From positions 1 to 54,125 of IMG/VR virus record IMGVR_UViG_3300048834_001323: 54,125 nucleotides of DNA. One strand, given 5' to 3'. Shown here one piece after another: positions 30,137-39,249 of the stretch. The DNA is from a virus. Its lineage: Duplodnaviria; Caudoviricetes. The notes below the pieces were generated by a model. It was not told where the DNA came from and did not search any database. It saw only the letters and a list, made by a program, of their open reading frames with translations. The position numbers were made by a program, and so were the translations under genes. The first letter of the stretch is position 1, and each line of letters starts with the position of its first letter.

Positions 30137-30786
30137 GTGTGAACATCGTTAGTCCTTTTAGTTTAGCGAAGCCCTACACACCGCCTACAAGCGGTCAGGT
30201 GGTCTATCTCAAACCCAACGCGCCGGGCAGCGGCACGACTTGGAGCGACCAAAGTGGAGCAGGAAATCACGCTACGCTCATGGGCGGCGCGACGTGGGGT
30301 AGTGGTGAAATCGCGCTGAATGGCACGACCGGCTACATTAAAATCCCCGGCTCGGCGTCCATGCGCGGCATGGCAGGTTTGACGCTTTGTTGCTGGGTAA
30401 GAAAAGCAACGAAGGATATTAAACCGTGTGTGTGGTGGACGCCCAACAACCATTACAATTTCCGAGAAGTTTCCGGCGCTTTGCAGTTTTACTTGAATAC
30501 GACGTCGGCAAAAGGCACCATTGGTGGCACTGGCTCGACAGGCGTTCATTTTTATTGCGCTCGGTATGACGGCGCGACGATGGCTATCTATAAAGATAGC
30601 GTGCTCGTGTCTGGGCCAGTATCAAAAACCGGCACAGTGAACGACACTTCTGGCGGCGATGTGATATTGGGCGCAGAATACAATTTAGGGTTAAACCAAA
30701 ATGGCGGGTATAAGCGATTCTTAATGTATAATCGCGCGCTGAGCGAAGCAGAAATTTCAGTAATGTATCGTGGCTTCATGTCGTAG
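30133..30786 (+). CDS. LamG/concanavalin A-like lectin domain protein
   Basis: TTWSDQSGAGNHATL, RYDGAT..Y, MYNRALSEAEI. Confidence 0.8.
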   Translation: MSVNIVSPFSLAKPYTPPTSGQVVYLKPNAPGSGTTWSDQSGAGNHATLMGGATWGSGEIALNGTTGYIKIPGSASMRGMAGLTLCCWVRKATKDIKPCVWWTPNNHYNFREVSGALQFYLNTTSAKGTIGGTGSTGVHFYCARYDGATMAIYKDSVLVSGPVSKTGTVNDTSGGDVILGAEYNLGLNQNGGYKRFLMYNRALSEAEISVMYRGFMS

Positions 30787-30803
30787 GACAAGGAAAATTT
30801 ATC

Positions 30804-31019
30804 ATGGCAAATTCAGCATTTGAACTGACAACTGGACTGAAGGGCGCTGATGGCACGAATGGCACGAATGGTACTGACGGCGTGTTTTCAGCAATCAACT
30901 CGCAAGTCGAAGCCGAAGCCGGAATCGAAAACACGAAGGGCATGACGGCACTACGAACCGCGCAGGCAATCGCGGCACTGGGCGGCGGCGTTTCCGACCT
31001 CACGACCTACCCACTCTGA
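30804..31019 (+). CDS. Small fibre-like protein with a short Gly-X-Y repeat
   Basis: AAGGA RBS; GLKGADGTNGTNGTDG and EAEAG..MTALRTAQAI motifs. Confidence 0.55.
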   Translation: MANSAFELTTGLKGADGTNGTNGTDGVFSAINSQVEAEAGIENTKGMTALRTAQAIAALGGGVSDLTTYPL

Positions 31020-31201
31020 GCGCCGTCGTATCGAATTTTCACCAGGAACTTCTCATGGCGCGGCAAGGGGGCGGAGTCGACGCTGTTGGAAGCTGGAGGT
31101 GTTGTGTCGTCAACCGGCTCATTCGGTTTGCATCCAGCAAAGCAGCTTATGGCAACAGCAGCGGCCAAGAAAGCAGTCCAACATCTGAGATTCGTTTTCA
31201 T
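31007..31201 (-). CDS. Small lipoprotein
   Basis: AGGAG RBS, MKT..R, hydrophobic core, FAGC lipobox. Confidence 0.6.
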   Translation of the reverse strand: MKTNLRCWTAFLAAAVAISCFAGCKPNEPVDDTTPPASNSVDSAPLPRHEKFLVKIRYDGAQSG

Positions 31202-31226
31202 TTTTTGCTTCTCCTTAATTACGTTT

Positions 31227-31433
31227 TTATACAACAGGCTCTTCCAGAGGGCCAATCCAAGATGGCGTATCTCCCATTATATCGAGAAGCATGGACTCTT
31301 TTTGAGAGGGGTAAATTACTTCGCCGCTTTCGATGTCCACATAGACAATAATGGCAATCGGCAACTTGCATTCCGGGTCTGTCATCCAATACCATCCCGT
31401 TTGAGTTGGTCTTTCTTTTGTCCACTCCATCAA
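31227..31433 (-). CDS. Hypothetical phage protein
   Basis: WTKERPTQTGWYW..WIGPLEEP pattern; GGAG RBS. Confidence 0.65.
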   Translation of the reverse strand: MMEWTKERPTQTGWYWMTDPECKLPIAIIVYVDIESGEVIYPSQKESMLLDIMGDTPSWIGPLEEPVV

Positions 31434-31446
31434 TCTTCTCCTATAA

Positions 31447-31983
31447 TTAAACGAGCGACAAGGATTTTACCAGAACCCCATCCTTTGCCGCGATGTAGAT
31501 GGCTAAACTATCATAAGAATGCTCCGAGACGCTCTCCCAATCACAAGCATCCGGCCCAAAGTAATCGCGCACCGCCAACTGAACAAGCTCTTTAGGAACC
31601 TTTCGACCGGCGATGTTGGCGACCTTTTTGATGTCGTTCGGGCTGTAGTATTCCGCCAGTTTGTTGTAGCGCACTTCAAGAATGGAAGCGACCGCTGCGG
31701 CTCTCGCCATCTCGCCCATCGCGTTCGCGTTTTGCGCGCCGCCATGAGGCATTTCAAAAAGCAGGCCTGCCGGATCGTGTTGCTTAATAATGCGGCGCAA
31801 GGACTTGTAAAGCCCCTGCACCCGCAAAATGTTGTCGTCGGCCACGCGCATTTGCAGCTTCTTGTTCGCCTTTGGCATATTGATGACGCCATGATCAACA
31901 ATCCGTTCGGACGGGACTTCAATCACAGCCCATCCCCATGTTCCTATGCCGACATCGCTGAGTAAAATGTTTTTCATAGTCAA
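31447..31983 (-). CDS. RuvC-like Holliday junction resolvase
   Basis: DVG..WGWAVI, LLFE, YSPNDIKK, HSYDSLAI. Confidence 0.8.
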   Translation of the reverse strand: MTMKNILLSDVGIGTWGWAVIEVPSERIVDHGVINMPKANKKLQMRVADDNILRVQGLYKSLRRIIKQHDPAGLLFEMPHGGAQNANAMGEMARAAAVASILEVRYNKLAEYYSPNDIKKVANIAGRKVPKELVQLAVRDYFGPDACDWESVSEHSYDSLAIYIAAKDGVLVKSLSLV

Positions 31984-32201
31984 GTATCACTGAATAAAAT
32001 CCCGCATCCCATCATCAGAACAGACCACTCCATATCCGTTAATTCTATTTCTTCATGGATTTTATTGAGAATATAGGCCGGAGTTTTCCCCTCCTGAATC
32101 CCCTCCATCAAAATCACACTTGCCTGCTCCGACTTTTCGCCGGATAAAATCTGATCCGGCCCCACTTCATCTAAAAAATGAATTTCTCTTGTGTTTGGCA
32201 T
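31980..32201 (-). CDS. Hypothetical protein
   Basis: AGGAG RBS; ATGA coupling to the RuvC-like gene. Confidence 0.6.
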   Translation of the reverse strand: MPNTREIHFLDEVGPDQILSGEKSEQASVILMEGIQEGKTPAYILNKIHEEIELTDMEWSVLMMGCGILFSDT

Positions 32202-32203
32202 TT

Positions 32204-32677
32204 TTATTTCTCCTTGTAAACAAATACATTGTCCGGCAACGCCTCCAACAAATTCAGAACGGCTTTATCTTTTGTTTCTTCCTGGCCGCGCCACGTTGGA
32301 AATTCCAGCGCGATCCTGTCCCATTTATCAGACCAAAAATCAAGCATCCTGACCGAGTTCTTCACGACCGCATCATTGACGGGGCCATGCTGATTGTCGT
32401 GCGTTTGGAATAGGCCGGGAATGGTTGTGAGATTGCATTCAGGCAGGCATATCTCTCCGGCGTGCATGATGCCGTAGAGCTTTTTCTGCTTTTTACGCCG
32501 ATGCAACAATTCCCCGAACGCGACCGGCATCCACTTGAAATGCTTAGTAGCGACCGTTCCTTCGCCTCGATCCAGTATGACCCTGCCCTGCTTATCGACG
32601 AGGCTACCGGCGCATACAAAGATGGCATCGGCTACGTCCAACTCTTCCCATATATCTTCTCCTATAATTAAATTCAT
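32204..32677 (-). CDS. Divergent macro-domain-like protein
   Basis: DIW..DAIFV..VDKQG..RG..FQT..IALEFP pattern resembling phage ADP-ribose-binding proteins. Confidence 0.5.
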   Translation of the reverse strand: MNLIIGEDIWEELDVADAIFVCAGSLVDKQGRVILDRGEGTVATKHFKWMPVAFGELLHRRKKQKKLYGIMHAGEICLPECNLTTIPGLFQTHDNQHGPVNDAVVKNSVRMLDFWSDKWDRIALEFPTWRGQEETKDKAVLNLLEALPDNVFVYKEK

Positions 32678-35265
32678 ACCTCATCCTCCGCCATGCGTCT
32701 CAGTTTGATGTATCTCTTTCCTCCAGACCGGCCCGACTTGTAATCAATTCCGGCTTTTCTAAGATTAGGAGATATTCTGGTTAAAGCAGTAGAAAACCAT
32801 TTAGTGCTTGTCGGCCAAGAGTCGGAGTTTCTGTTTTCAGCCAAAGCCCTCCGGTTAAGAATTTCTCTTAATTCCGTTGGCGTTGATTCATAAAACGATT
32901 TTGCCTCCATCAATCGCACAATCTCACTGCCAAGCGGAGAGTTTTCTAAAGCAAGCTCGACAAGCTCATCACGATTGTCCATCAAGACTTCCATGAATTT
33001 TCCGTTTTCCCAGGGCATCAATTCCTCACCGGCCACAATGCGTTTTACAAAGTCAGCCATGCGCGGCGTCTTTTCCAATTTTACGTTGTCGATGTTGGCG
33101 AGACTGTGAGCGATCACATCAAATATCCAGCCCAGTATTCCCGGCTGCAATTCTTCTACTTTAGTATTGATTTCGTTTTCGTCAATACGATTGGAGTCGC
33201 TGATCGGAGGCAGGTTACAGGCAAGGCACCTGTTTTGAAAGTCTTCGCGGCCAAGAAGAGGCTCGATGCCGTTGACAATCATAGGACGCTTGGCGTTGAA
33301 GAGGATTTCTTCGTCATCGGTATGGAGCTTACGGGTGCGAAACCCCTGCCCCGTCGCCAACTGGCACAAGGCGTCTGACTGCCACTTTGAAAGACCGGAC
33401 AGGTTGTCGAAGCCAATCACATACGAGTTGCGCGCGGTGATGGCAAGGTCGCGTTCTTCCCGAACAGAGGAACCAATGAGCGGTGTAAAGTTCGGGTCGA
33501 TAATCTTCTTCAAGATGCGACAGGTCGTGGACTTGGCGCTGCCTTGCTCCCCGTTAATCGCCAGCACCGGAAAGGATGCCGAGGGCGGGAACATAGCGTT
33601 TACCATCCACGCGACCATCAACATCCAGTCTTCGTCATGCCCTGCGTTAATGAGTGGCCGGAGCTTGTTGATGTCGCCGCCCCTGATCGGCAGCGGCAAC
33701 TCCCAAAACCCCTTCGGCCTGCGGAAGTAAACCGGAGGGTCGTTAGTCAGTTCCCAACCATTATCACAATCAGCGCCAATTTTAACGACCGTATTATCAT
33801 CGCGCGCCAGGTCGATATAAATATGACCTTCATGCCACGCCGACCGAATCCAGACTTCCTCTTTGAATCGCTCGTTGAGAGCGTAGCCTTTGAGCGTTCG
33901 CATCGCATTATCCAATGCGGAGTTGTCGATCATCTTTCCTGTTTTGTTGTAGTAAAAATAATACAGGCGATGGCCGAGCAGGGAGTCTTCCATCGGATAA
34001 ACCATGTTGATGCCGTTTTGAGGAATGGTGATGTAGAAAGCATCCTCTTCGGTATAGAACGGCCTCGCTCCGGCATCCATCAGCATCCGACCCAACTGTT
34101 CGCTCTTGGCGGCTTTGGCATCAGATGAATCGCGCTGCACTTCTTCTTTCTTGGCCTCTTCCGTTGAGGGCGCGTTGTCAGACCACTCCGCCAACTTCGC
34201 AGGACTGACGCGGGAAATACCCTTGAGCGATTCGATAAACGCTTCTTTATCGAAACCGGCAAACTCATAGTAATCCGAGATGTCGCAGCCTTCCTTGCCC
34301 ATCAATTCGTAAGCATGGTAAGCAAGGCCAATGGATTCGGCGCGCTCAACGGCGCGAACGGTTGCTCTGTGTCCTGTGGGGTCGTTATCAAAGGCGATGT
34401 GAATGCGGCCCACATGAGCGGCCTTGCAGTCTTCGATAATGGCCTCGATCATACGCGCCTCGCCCATCGGTGAAATCGCTTTGACGCCGATTTGATGGAG
34501 CGACCAAACGGACACTTCGCCGTTGACAATCCATAAATCCTTGTCTTTGGCCTCCTTCATAGCGGGGTGGTTGTAGCACTTGGGAATGGCCGCTGAATCG
34601 CCGGGAAGCCACCTGTATTTGATGGGCTTCTTGTTTTTTCCGTATTTTAGTCCCGCCTGTTCAGGATCGAACATCTTCTCACGGTAACGCATGGACTTAC
34701 CGCTAATGGTAAAAGTAGGGTAGGCCCATGATTCTTTTCCGGCGCGAATGCCGAAATGATCCATCGTCGCTTTAGAGATGCCGCGCTCTTCCAATGTGCG
34801 GGTATCTACTTCTTTTGGTTTCTTGGCATCACTTTTAATAACAACAGAATGAGAAGATTTAGCTCCATTCAAAGCAGAACCGATGCTGCTGTTATTGAGG
34901 CCAAAAGAAGAGGTTGGGCTGGTGCCGTTTTTTGCCTTGTAGTTTTTGTATGGCTCGAAATGGTCGGGATTGATACCGGCTAATTTGGCGACTTCAACGG
35001 ATGTGTATTTCTTCTGGCTTTTGCGGTCGAGCGCGTTCCCTTCCTGAAAAAGCATGAATCCATCGTCACCGGCATTAAGCTCGCCGCCTTCGGGGTTAGC
35101 GCCATGATACTCGATTTTGCCGCTGGACTTGACCGGAGACAAATTCAATAAAGCAGCGACATCGGCAACGGTGATTTCTTCAGATGGAGCAGGCGGGATA
35201 AATGTTTGAGCGACAGGCTCTCCCACGAATATCTGCTCCGGCATTGCTCCGTTGGCTGTAGACAT
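32674..35265 (-). CDS. Toprim primase fused to an ATPase/helicase domain
   Basis: WIVNGE..IHIAFDNDPTG..DISDY Toprim motifs; GEQGSAKST Walker A, FDNL, RKLHTD; ATG 35265 after GAGGAG. Confidence 0.85.
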   Translation of the reverse strand: MSTANGAMPEQIFVGEPVAQTFIPPAPSEEITVADVAALLNLSPVKSSGKIEYHGANPEGGELNAGDDGFMLFQEGNALDRKSQKKYTSVEVAKLAGINPDHFEPYKNYKAKNGTSPTSSFGLNNSSIGSALNGAKSSHSVVIKSDAKKPKEVDTRTLEERGISKATMDHFGIRAGKESWAYPTFTISGKSMRYREKMFDPEQAGLKYGKNKKPIKYRWLPGDSAAIPKCYNHPAMKEAKDKDLWIVNGEVSVWSLHQIGVKAISPMGEARMIEAIIEDCKAAHVGRIHIAFDNDPTGHRATVRAVERAESIGLAYHAYELMGKEGCDISDYYEFAGFDKEAFIESLKGISRVSPAKLAEWSDNAPSTEEAKKEEVQRDSSDAKAAKSEQLGRMLMDAGARPFYTEEDAFYITIPQNGINMVYPMEDSLLGHRLYYFYYNKTGKMIDNSALDNAMRTLKGYALNERFKEEVWIRSAWHEGHIYIDLARDDNTVVKIGADCDNGWELTNDPPVYFRRPKGFWELPLPIRGGDINKLRPLINAGHDEDWMLMVAWMVNAMFPPSASFPVLAINGEQGSAKSTTCRILKKIIDPNFTPLIGSSVREERDLAITARNSYVIGFDNLSGLSKWQSDALCQLATGQGFRTRKLHTDDEEILFNAKRPMIVNGIEPLLGREDFQNRCLACNLPPISDSNRIDENEINTKVEELQPGILGWIFDVIAHSLANIDNVKLEKTPRMADFVKRIVAGEELMPWENGKFMEVLMDNRDELVELALENSPLGSEIVRLMEAKSFYESTPTELREILNRRALAENRNSDSWPTSTKWFSTALTRISPNLRKAGIDYKSGRSGGKRYIKLRRMAEDEV

Positions 35266-35289
35266 AAATAATACTCCTCGCATATAAAC

Positions 35290-35415
35290 AAAAAGGCGCT
35301 GCACTTAGAGGAACCGTCCAAGCCGTTCAGAAAGGGATGTGCGGCCCCAACTTGAACGGCTCCTCTAAAAGCAGCGCCTTATTGATCGCACATTTTAGCG
35401 GGTTCTGAAGCCCGA
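35290..35415 (-). ncRNA. C4/P4-CI-like structured leader RNA upstream of the primase
   Basis: Long interrupted hairpin 35294-35379 whose apical region is complementary to two 7-mers just upstream on the same transcript; U-run after the stem. Confidence 0.55.
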
Positions 35416-35422
35416 ACAACAA

Positions 35423-35431
35423 ATTATAACA
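35423..35431 (-). promoter_or_regulatory. Extended -10 promoter (TGTTATAAT)
   Basis: Perfect TGnTATAAT just upstream of the structured leader. Confidence 0.6.
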
Positions 35432-35466
35432 AAAATAATAGCGGAGCCAATCGGCCCCGCTATTAT
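35431..35466 (-). terminator. Rho-independent terminator after the SSB-like gene
   Basis: ATAATAGCGG/CCGCTATTAT stem followed by TTTT on the - strand. Confidence 0.65.
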
Positions 35467-35488
35467 CATTACTTCCTAAACGACCGAC

Positions 35489-36661
35489 TTACCAAGCCAC
35501 TCGGCCTTCAGCGATTTCTTTCATCAACAAAGCGCAACCGGCAGCTTTGGTGTTGAGGTCAATCAAGGCGTTGAGCGGCTTCTTCTTCATCGCAACCAAC
35601 CGATTGTTGATGGCGGCGAGGGCTTCTGCATTGTCGCAGAATTTCACCGTGTCCAGCATTTCATCATCGGCCTTGTCGATCAGCAAGCGAAACGAATCGC
35701 TGAGTTCAGGAACGCCGTTCTCAGCCATACGCGCGGCTTCAGCATCAGCGGCGCTTTGACCGAAGATGTCATCTTCGTCTTCGTCGTCATCCGATTTCGA
35801 CTTGGCCTTTGCTACAACGTCACCAACAGCGTCGTTGATGTTGCCTGCTTTCTTCTTGGGCGCTTCAGATTTTTCTTCAGCGACCGTTTCTTCATACGCG
35901 GCATCGAAATCAAAATCGCCTTCTTTAGACTCTTCGCTTTTAGATTCGGCTTTAGCTTTGATTTGCTTCTTAGCTTCAGCGATTTCTTCTTCAAGGGCTT
36001 TGATGGCATCTTCAGCGTCTCCGGCAGAAATGTTGTCAATGTCGCCGGTCACAATGTCTTCAAGGCCATACGTCTTGGCGACATTGATGAGATTCTTGAT
36101 TTTGGCGACCTGCTGTTGAAGATGCTCGGTGTCGGCAGCGCCGCTATTCTCCGGGCGATCCTTCCAGCGCACATACGTTTCGGAAACTGTGATACGAGGA
36201 ATGGATTTGAGGAGGGAGGAAACATCAACCACGTTACCGTAAATTTTACCGTCTTTAGGTTCGCTGTGATTGATCGTCACCTGGCAGTTTGCGCCAAGCA
36301 GGGAGGCGATGTTGAAGCCGCGCGGCTTTTGTTCATCAGCGGTCAATTTGCGTCCGAGCATCGCTTCAATGTCTTTGCGAAGACGCGCTTTTTCGTGGAG
36401 TGATAAGACGTAGCGGCGAGAGACCAAGAAAGGTTGACCGCCGTATTTCTCATCCGACTCCGGCACTGTTTCGGTCGTGAGCCATGAAAGCAGGATGTGC
36501 GGCTTTTCGCCTTTGCTTACGCCCTGGAACTGCACTTCGATCATGCCGAGGCTGCGAATGTCGCATACGACTGCTTGATACGCGCCTTCGGGATGGGGAA
36601 TTGATTTTCCGCCTGCTCCCACTTCTGCAAAAAATTCGTCTGCTGTTTGTCCTGTAGCCAT
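35489..36661 (-). CDS. Phage ssDNA-binding/replication protein with acidic tail
   Basis: PEGAYQAVVCDIRSLG..LSLHEKARLRKDIE..LLGANCQVTI OB-like N-terminus, D/E-rich C-terminus. Confidence 0.65.
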   Translation of the reverse strand: MATGQTADEFFAEVGAGGKSIPHPEGAYQAVVCDIRSLGMIEVQFQGVSKGEKPHILLSWLTTETVPESDEKYGGQPFLVSRRYVLSLHEKARLRKDIEAMLGRKLTADEQKPRGFNIASLLGANCQVTINHSEPKDGKIYGNVVDVSSLLKSIPRITVSETYVRWKDRPENSGAADTEHLQQQVAKIKNLINVAKTYGLEDIVTGDIDNISAGDAEDAIKALEEEIAEAKKQIKAKAESKSEESKEGDFDFDAAYEETVAEEKSEAPKKKAGNINDAVGDVVAKAKSKSDDDEDEDDIFGQSAADAEAARMAENGVPELSDSFRLLIDKADDEMLDTVKFCDNAEALAAINNRLVAMKKKPLNALIDLNTKAAGCALLMKEIAEGRVAW

Positions 36662-36801
36662 TGTCTTTTTCCTTATCGGCCTGTTCGTTCAGACCTTTTC
36701 TAATTGGGCGCTTTTCAGCGCTGTGTTCTTTTTGCCCGTAGGCTGTGTTCTGTTTGCGGCGATCACTGTTTGGTTGGCATCACCTTTCTTATGAGTGGAG
36801 T

Positions 36802-36830
36802 ATCTTATTTACTATTCAGGAATTTGTCAA
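36802..36830 (-). promoter_or_regulatory. Sigma70-type promoter
   Basis: TTGACA-17 nt-TAAGAT. Confidence 0.65.
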
Positions 36831-36836
36831 GTCCCA

Positions 36837-37199
36837 TTATTTTACGACTTCAAAACGTTCAGGGAGTTTGAGGCAGAGAGGGCAGACCCACCCCATCTTC
36901 GCAACCACTTTGTAGCCCATCGCTTTTAATGATTCGTCCATCGTTTCGCCTTCGCGCCGGATAATGATTTCCGACTCATGGCAGTATCCTCAGCCAACAA
37001 CTGTGCGATCCGCTTGGCGAAAGTTTCCGCGATCCCTCTCTTCCATCATGGCATCAGCGGTCTGATATGACAATCTTGCCAGCAACGGAGGGTCGGATAT
37101 TTTATTGCCCATCAACGCGACAAGCGCTAAACCAGCGAAGTCATCACGTAACTTAACTTCTTCTTTTGTTTTTCCCATGCTTTGCAGAGCTTTGCTCAT
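36837..37199 (-). CDS. 120-codon ORF with one in-frame TGA (36990-36992): Zn-finger-like protein by readthrough/Sec, or a nonsense allele
   Basis: AGGAG RBS; LRDDFAG..ADAMM domain, then VVG*GYC..GWVCPLC..TAA in the same frame. Confidence 0.55.
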
Positions 37200-37213
37200 T
37201 TTATTTCTCCTTG

Positions 37214-37783
37214 TCATTTAATCGAGACGTGATCGCCACGCTCTAACACCGTCACGCCTGGAATGTATAAATTCGGGTTTTCTTTGAGGGCCGCTTCGAT
37301 TTCTTCCCGAATCGGCATCGGCACATGGCGAACATACTCTTCGGGCAGCATGACCGGATTGATGTCCAGCGGCACCTTGCCGCCATTGCCGCGAATAGAA
37401 ACGACCAGATGCTTGACCTGCACTTTGGTCGTTCCTATAAAGTCGAGCAATCGCCGGATGTTAGACTTGTTTTCAGTCTGCATCATAGCGTCGATCTTGT
37501 TGAGACCTTCAAGGCGTTTGACTTCAGCTTTGCGCGCCTCGATTCGCGCTTTCATCTCCTTGTCGAAGATCGCTGCGTAGAAAAGAGCGTCTTCCTTGCT
37601 GGCGTAACAGGCGTTGAGCAGGCGCTCGTATTCCAGCGCATTTTCTTCGGTAGACACATCGCCCTGAACTTCGTGCATGAACTCATCCAGTTCGCTAAAG
37701 GCGCGGCTGATGCCGTAGGTGCCGCTGTTGATGCGTTTTTGGGGTGGTATTTCAAACTTCTCTTTCTCTTTTTCTTTTAACAT
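37214..37783 (-). CDS. Siphovirus Gp157-like protein
   Basis: IEARKAEVKRLE, SIRGNGGK.PL, LPEEY, ERGDHVSIK. Confidence 0.8.
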   Translation of the reverse strand: MLKEKEKEKFEIPPQKRINSGTYGISRAFSELDEFMHEVQGDVSTEENALEYERLLNACYASKEDALFYAAIFDKEMKARIEARKAEVKRLEGLNKIDAMMQTENKSNIRRLLDFIGTTKVQVKHLVVSIRGNGGKVPLDINPVMLPEEYVRHVPMPIREEIEAALKENPNLYIPGVTVLERGDHVSIK

Positions 37784-37796
37784 GATTCAATTCCTT

Positions 37797-38405
37797 TTAC
37801 GGTCTTCTTAAAATTCGGTAGCGAGTGTCAGTTGCGCCCTTCTGCCAAACCATCCACGAGAAATCCATTGTCGGACTTTTACCTTTCTCCTCCTCCAAAA
37901 AGCTCGGCCTCCAGTTGAGAGGTAATACATAGGACGGCGGATTATCTTCAAATAATTCCGTTCGGCTGGAGGCGTGCCAGTATTGAGACTTTAAGAAGAT
38001 AGCAAATCCATCTAAATCGAAATCAATACATTTCTCAATAAATTGAGAGGCAAGAGTAAATGGAGGGTTTGTCACAACCCAATCTCCCATTTTTACAGGA
38101 TGAGTTAAAAAATTCACATCGCCTTCGCCGTAACCCCTATCAATCAGATCGGTAGAAATTACGCTATAAGAACGAGAATCAAAAACCTTGCTGATATGCC
38201 CTTCTCCGCAGGCAGGCTCCCATATCGCAACATCGAGAGGAATGTTTAAGAAGTCAATCAAAGCGATTGTCGCTTTTTCTGGAGTTGGATAAAAATCTGA
38301 TTCTTTACGTTTTGTAGAACCCGCTCCGCCTATAATAGTGCTTGATTTTATTGGCGGCACTTCAAAAGAGGTCGTTTCTTTGGTCTTGTTTTCGGTTTTT
38401 AGCAT
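37797..38405 (-). CDS. DNA amino-methyltransferase (probably N6-adenine)
   Basis: DFYPTP, WEPACGEG, VVTNPPF. Confidence 0.85.
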   Translation of the reverse strand: MLKTENKTKETTSFEVPPIKSSTIIGGAGSTKRKESDFYPTPEKATIALIDFLNIPLDVAIWEPACGEGHISKVFDSRSYSVISTDLIDRGYGEGDVNFLTHPVKMGDWVVTNPPFTLASQFIEKCIDFDLDGFAIFLKSQYWHASSRTELFEDNPPSYVLPLNWRPSFLEEEKGKSPTMDFSWMVWQKGATDTRYRILRRP

Positions 38406-39236
38406 GATGCTATCTCCTGTTCAATTCTATTTCTGGCTACTTCAAAGTATTTATCGTCCATCTCGATGCCGACAAACTTCCGCTTGGTGCGTATGGCTGC
38501 GGCTCCGGCGGTGCCACTGCCCATTGCGAAGTCCAGTATCTTCTCATTTTCGTTAGTGTAGGTCTTGATGAGGTATTCAAGGAGAGCAACGGGCTTTTGG
38601 GTGGGGTGGAGTCTTGGTTTAGGCCTGCGGGACGCAACTTTAATAATACTGCCAGGATTCTTTGATTCGGCATCATATTTATTTGCATCAACTTCCTCTA
38701 ACTCAGCCCCCGGTTGATGGTCGGTTTTCCCTTTCTTAAAAGTGGTTCCATTATTCTGGTAAGCCTTCACAATCTTCATTCCTGATTCCATTCTCTTCAT
38801 TGGCTGCTTATTAAAACAACCGCGCCCGTCATTAAAAACCGAAATGATTTCATGGTATTTCATAGGCATAAAAGCCGCTGTCGCCATTCCGGAAGGACAA
38901 GTTTTTTCCCATATCCAATCATACTTGAACCAATCTAAATTACTGATCCGCAGAACACTGCTAAAAGGCTCGGAACCAAACAAAACAATCGCCCCTTTCG
39001 GCTTAATCAAGCGCTTCAACTGCAACCACATTGGCTCAAACGGGATCACACTGTCCCATTTACAGGCCGTTGTGCTAACCGTAGGGAGGGTCACAGATAA
39101 TTGCGTCAAAGCATTTATCAGGCAATGATGCCATCACTTCCAAACACTCACCGTGATGCAGTATTGCCGCGACCTTCCCTACGTTGTTTCTCACCTTCCT
39201 TGTCTCAAAAGTCATGCCTTGCAGACCGTTGGTCAT
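38399..39236 (-). pseudogene. N4/N6 DNA methyltransferase interrupted directly after DPPYG
   Basis: ORF 39236-39075 ends ICDPPYG*; TTACKWD..HPTQKP..LDFAMGSGT continues in the +1 frame. Confidence 0.75.
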
Positions 39237-39249
39237 TTATTATTCTCCT

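Noticed and set aside
29168-31019. Diversity-generating retroelement or invertible fibre cassette
   Set aside because: No reverse transcriptase, invertase or template/variable repeat pair seen
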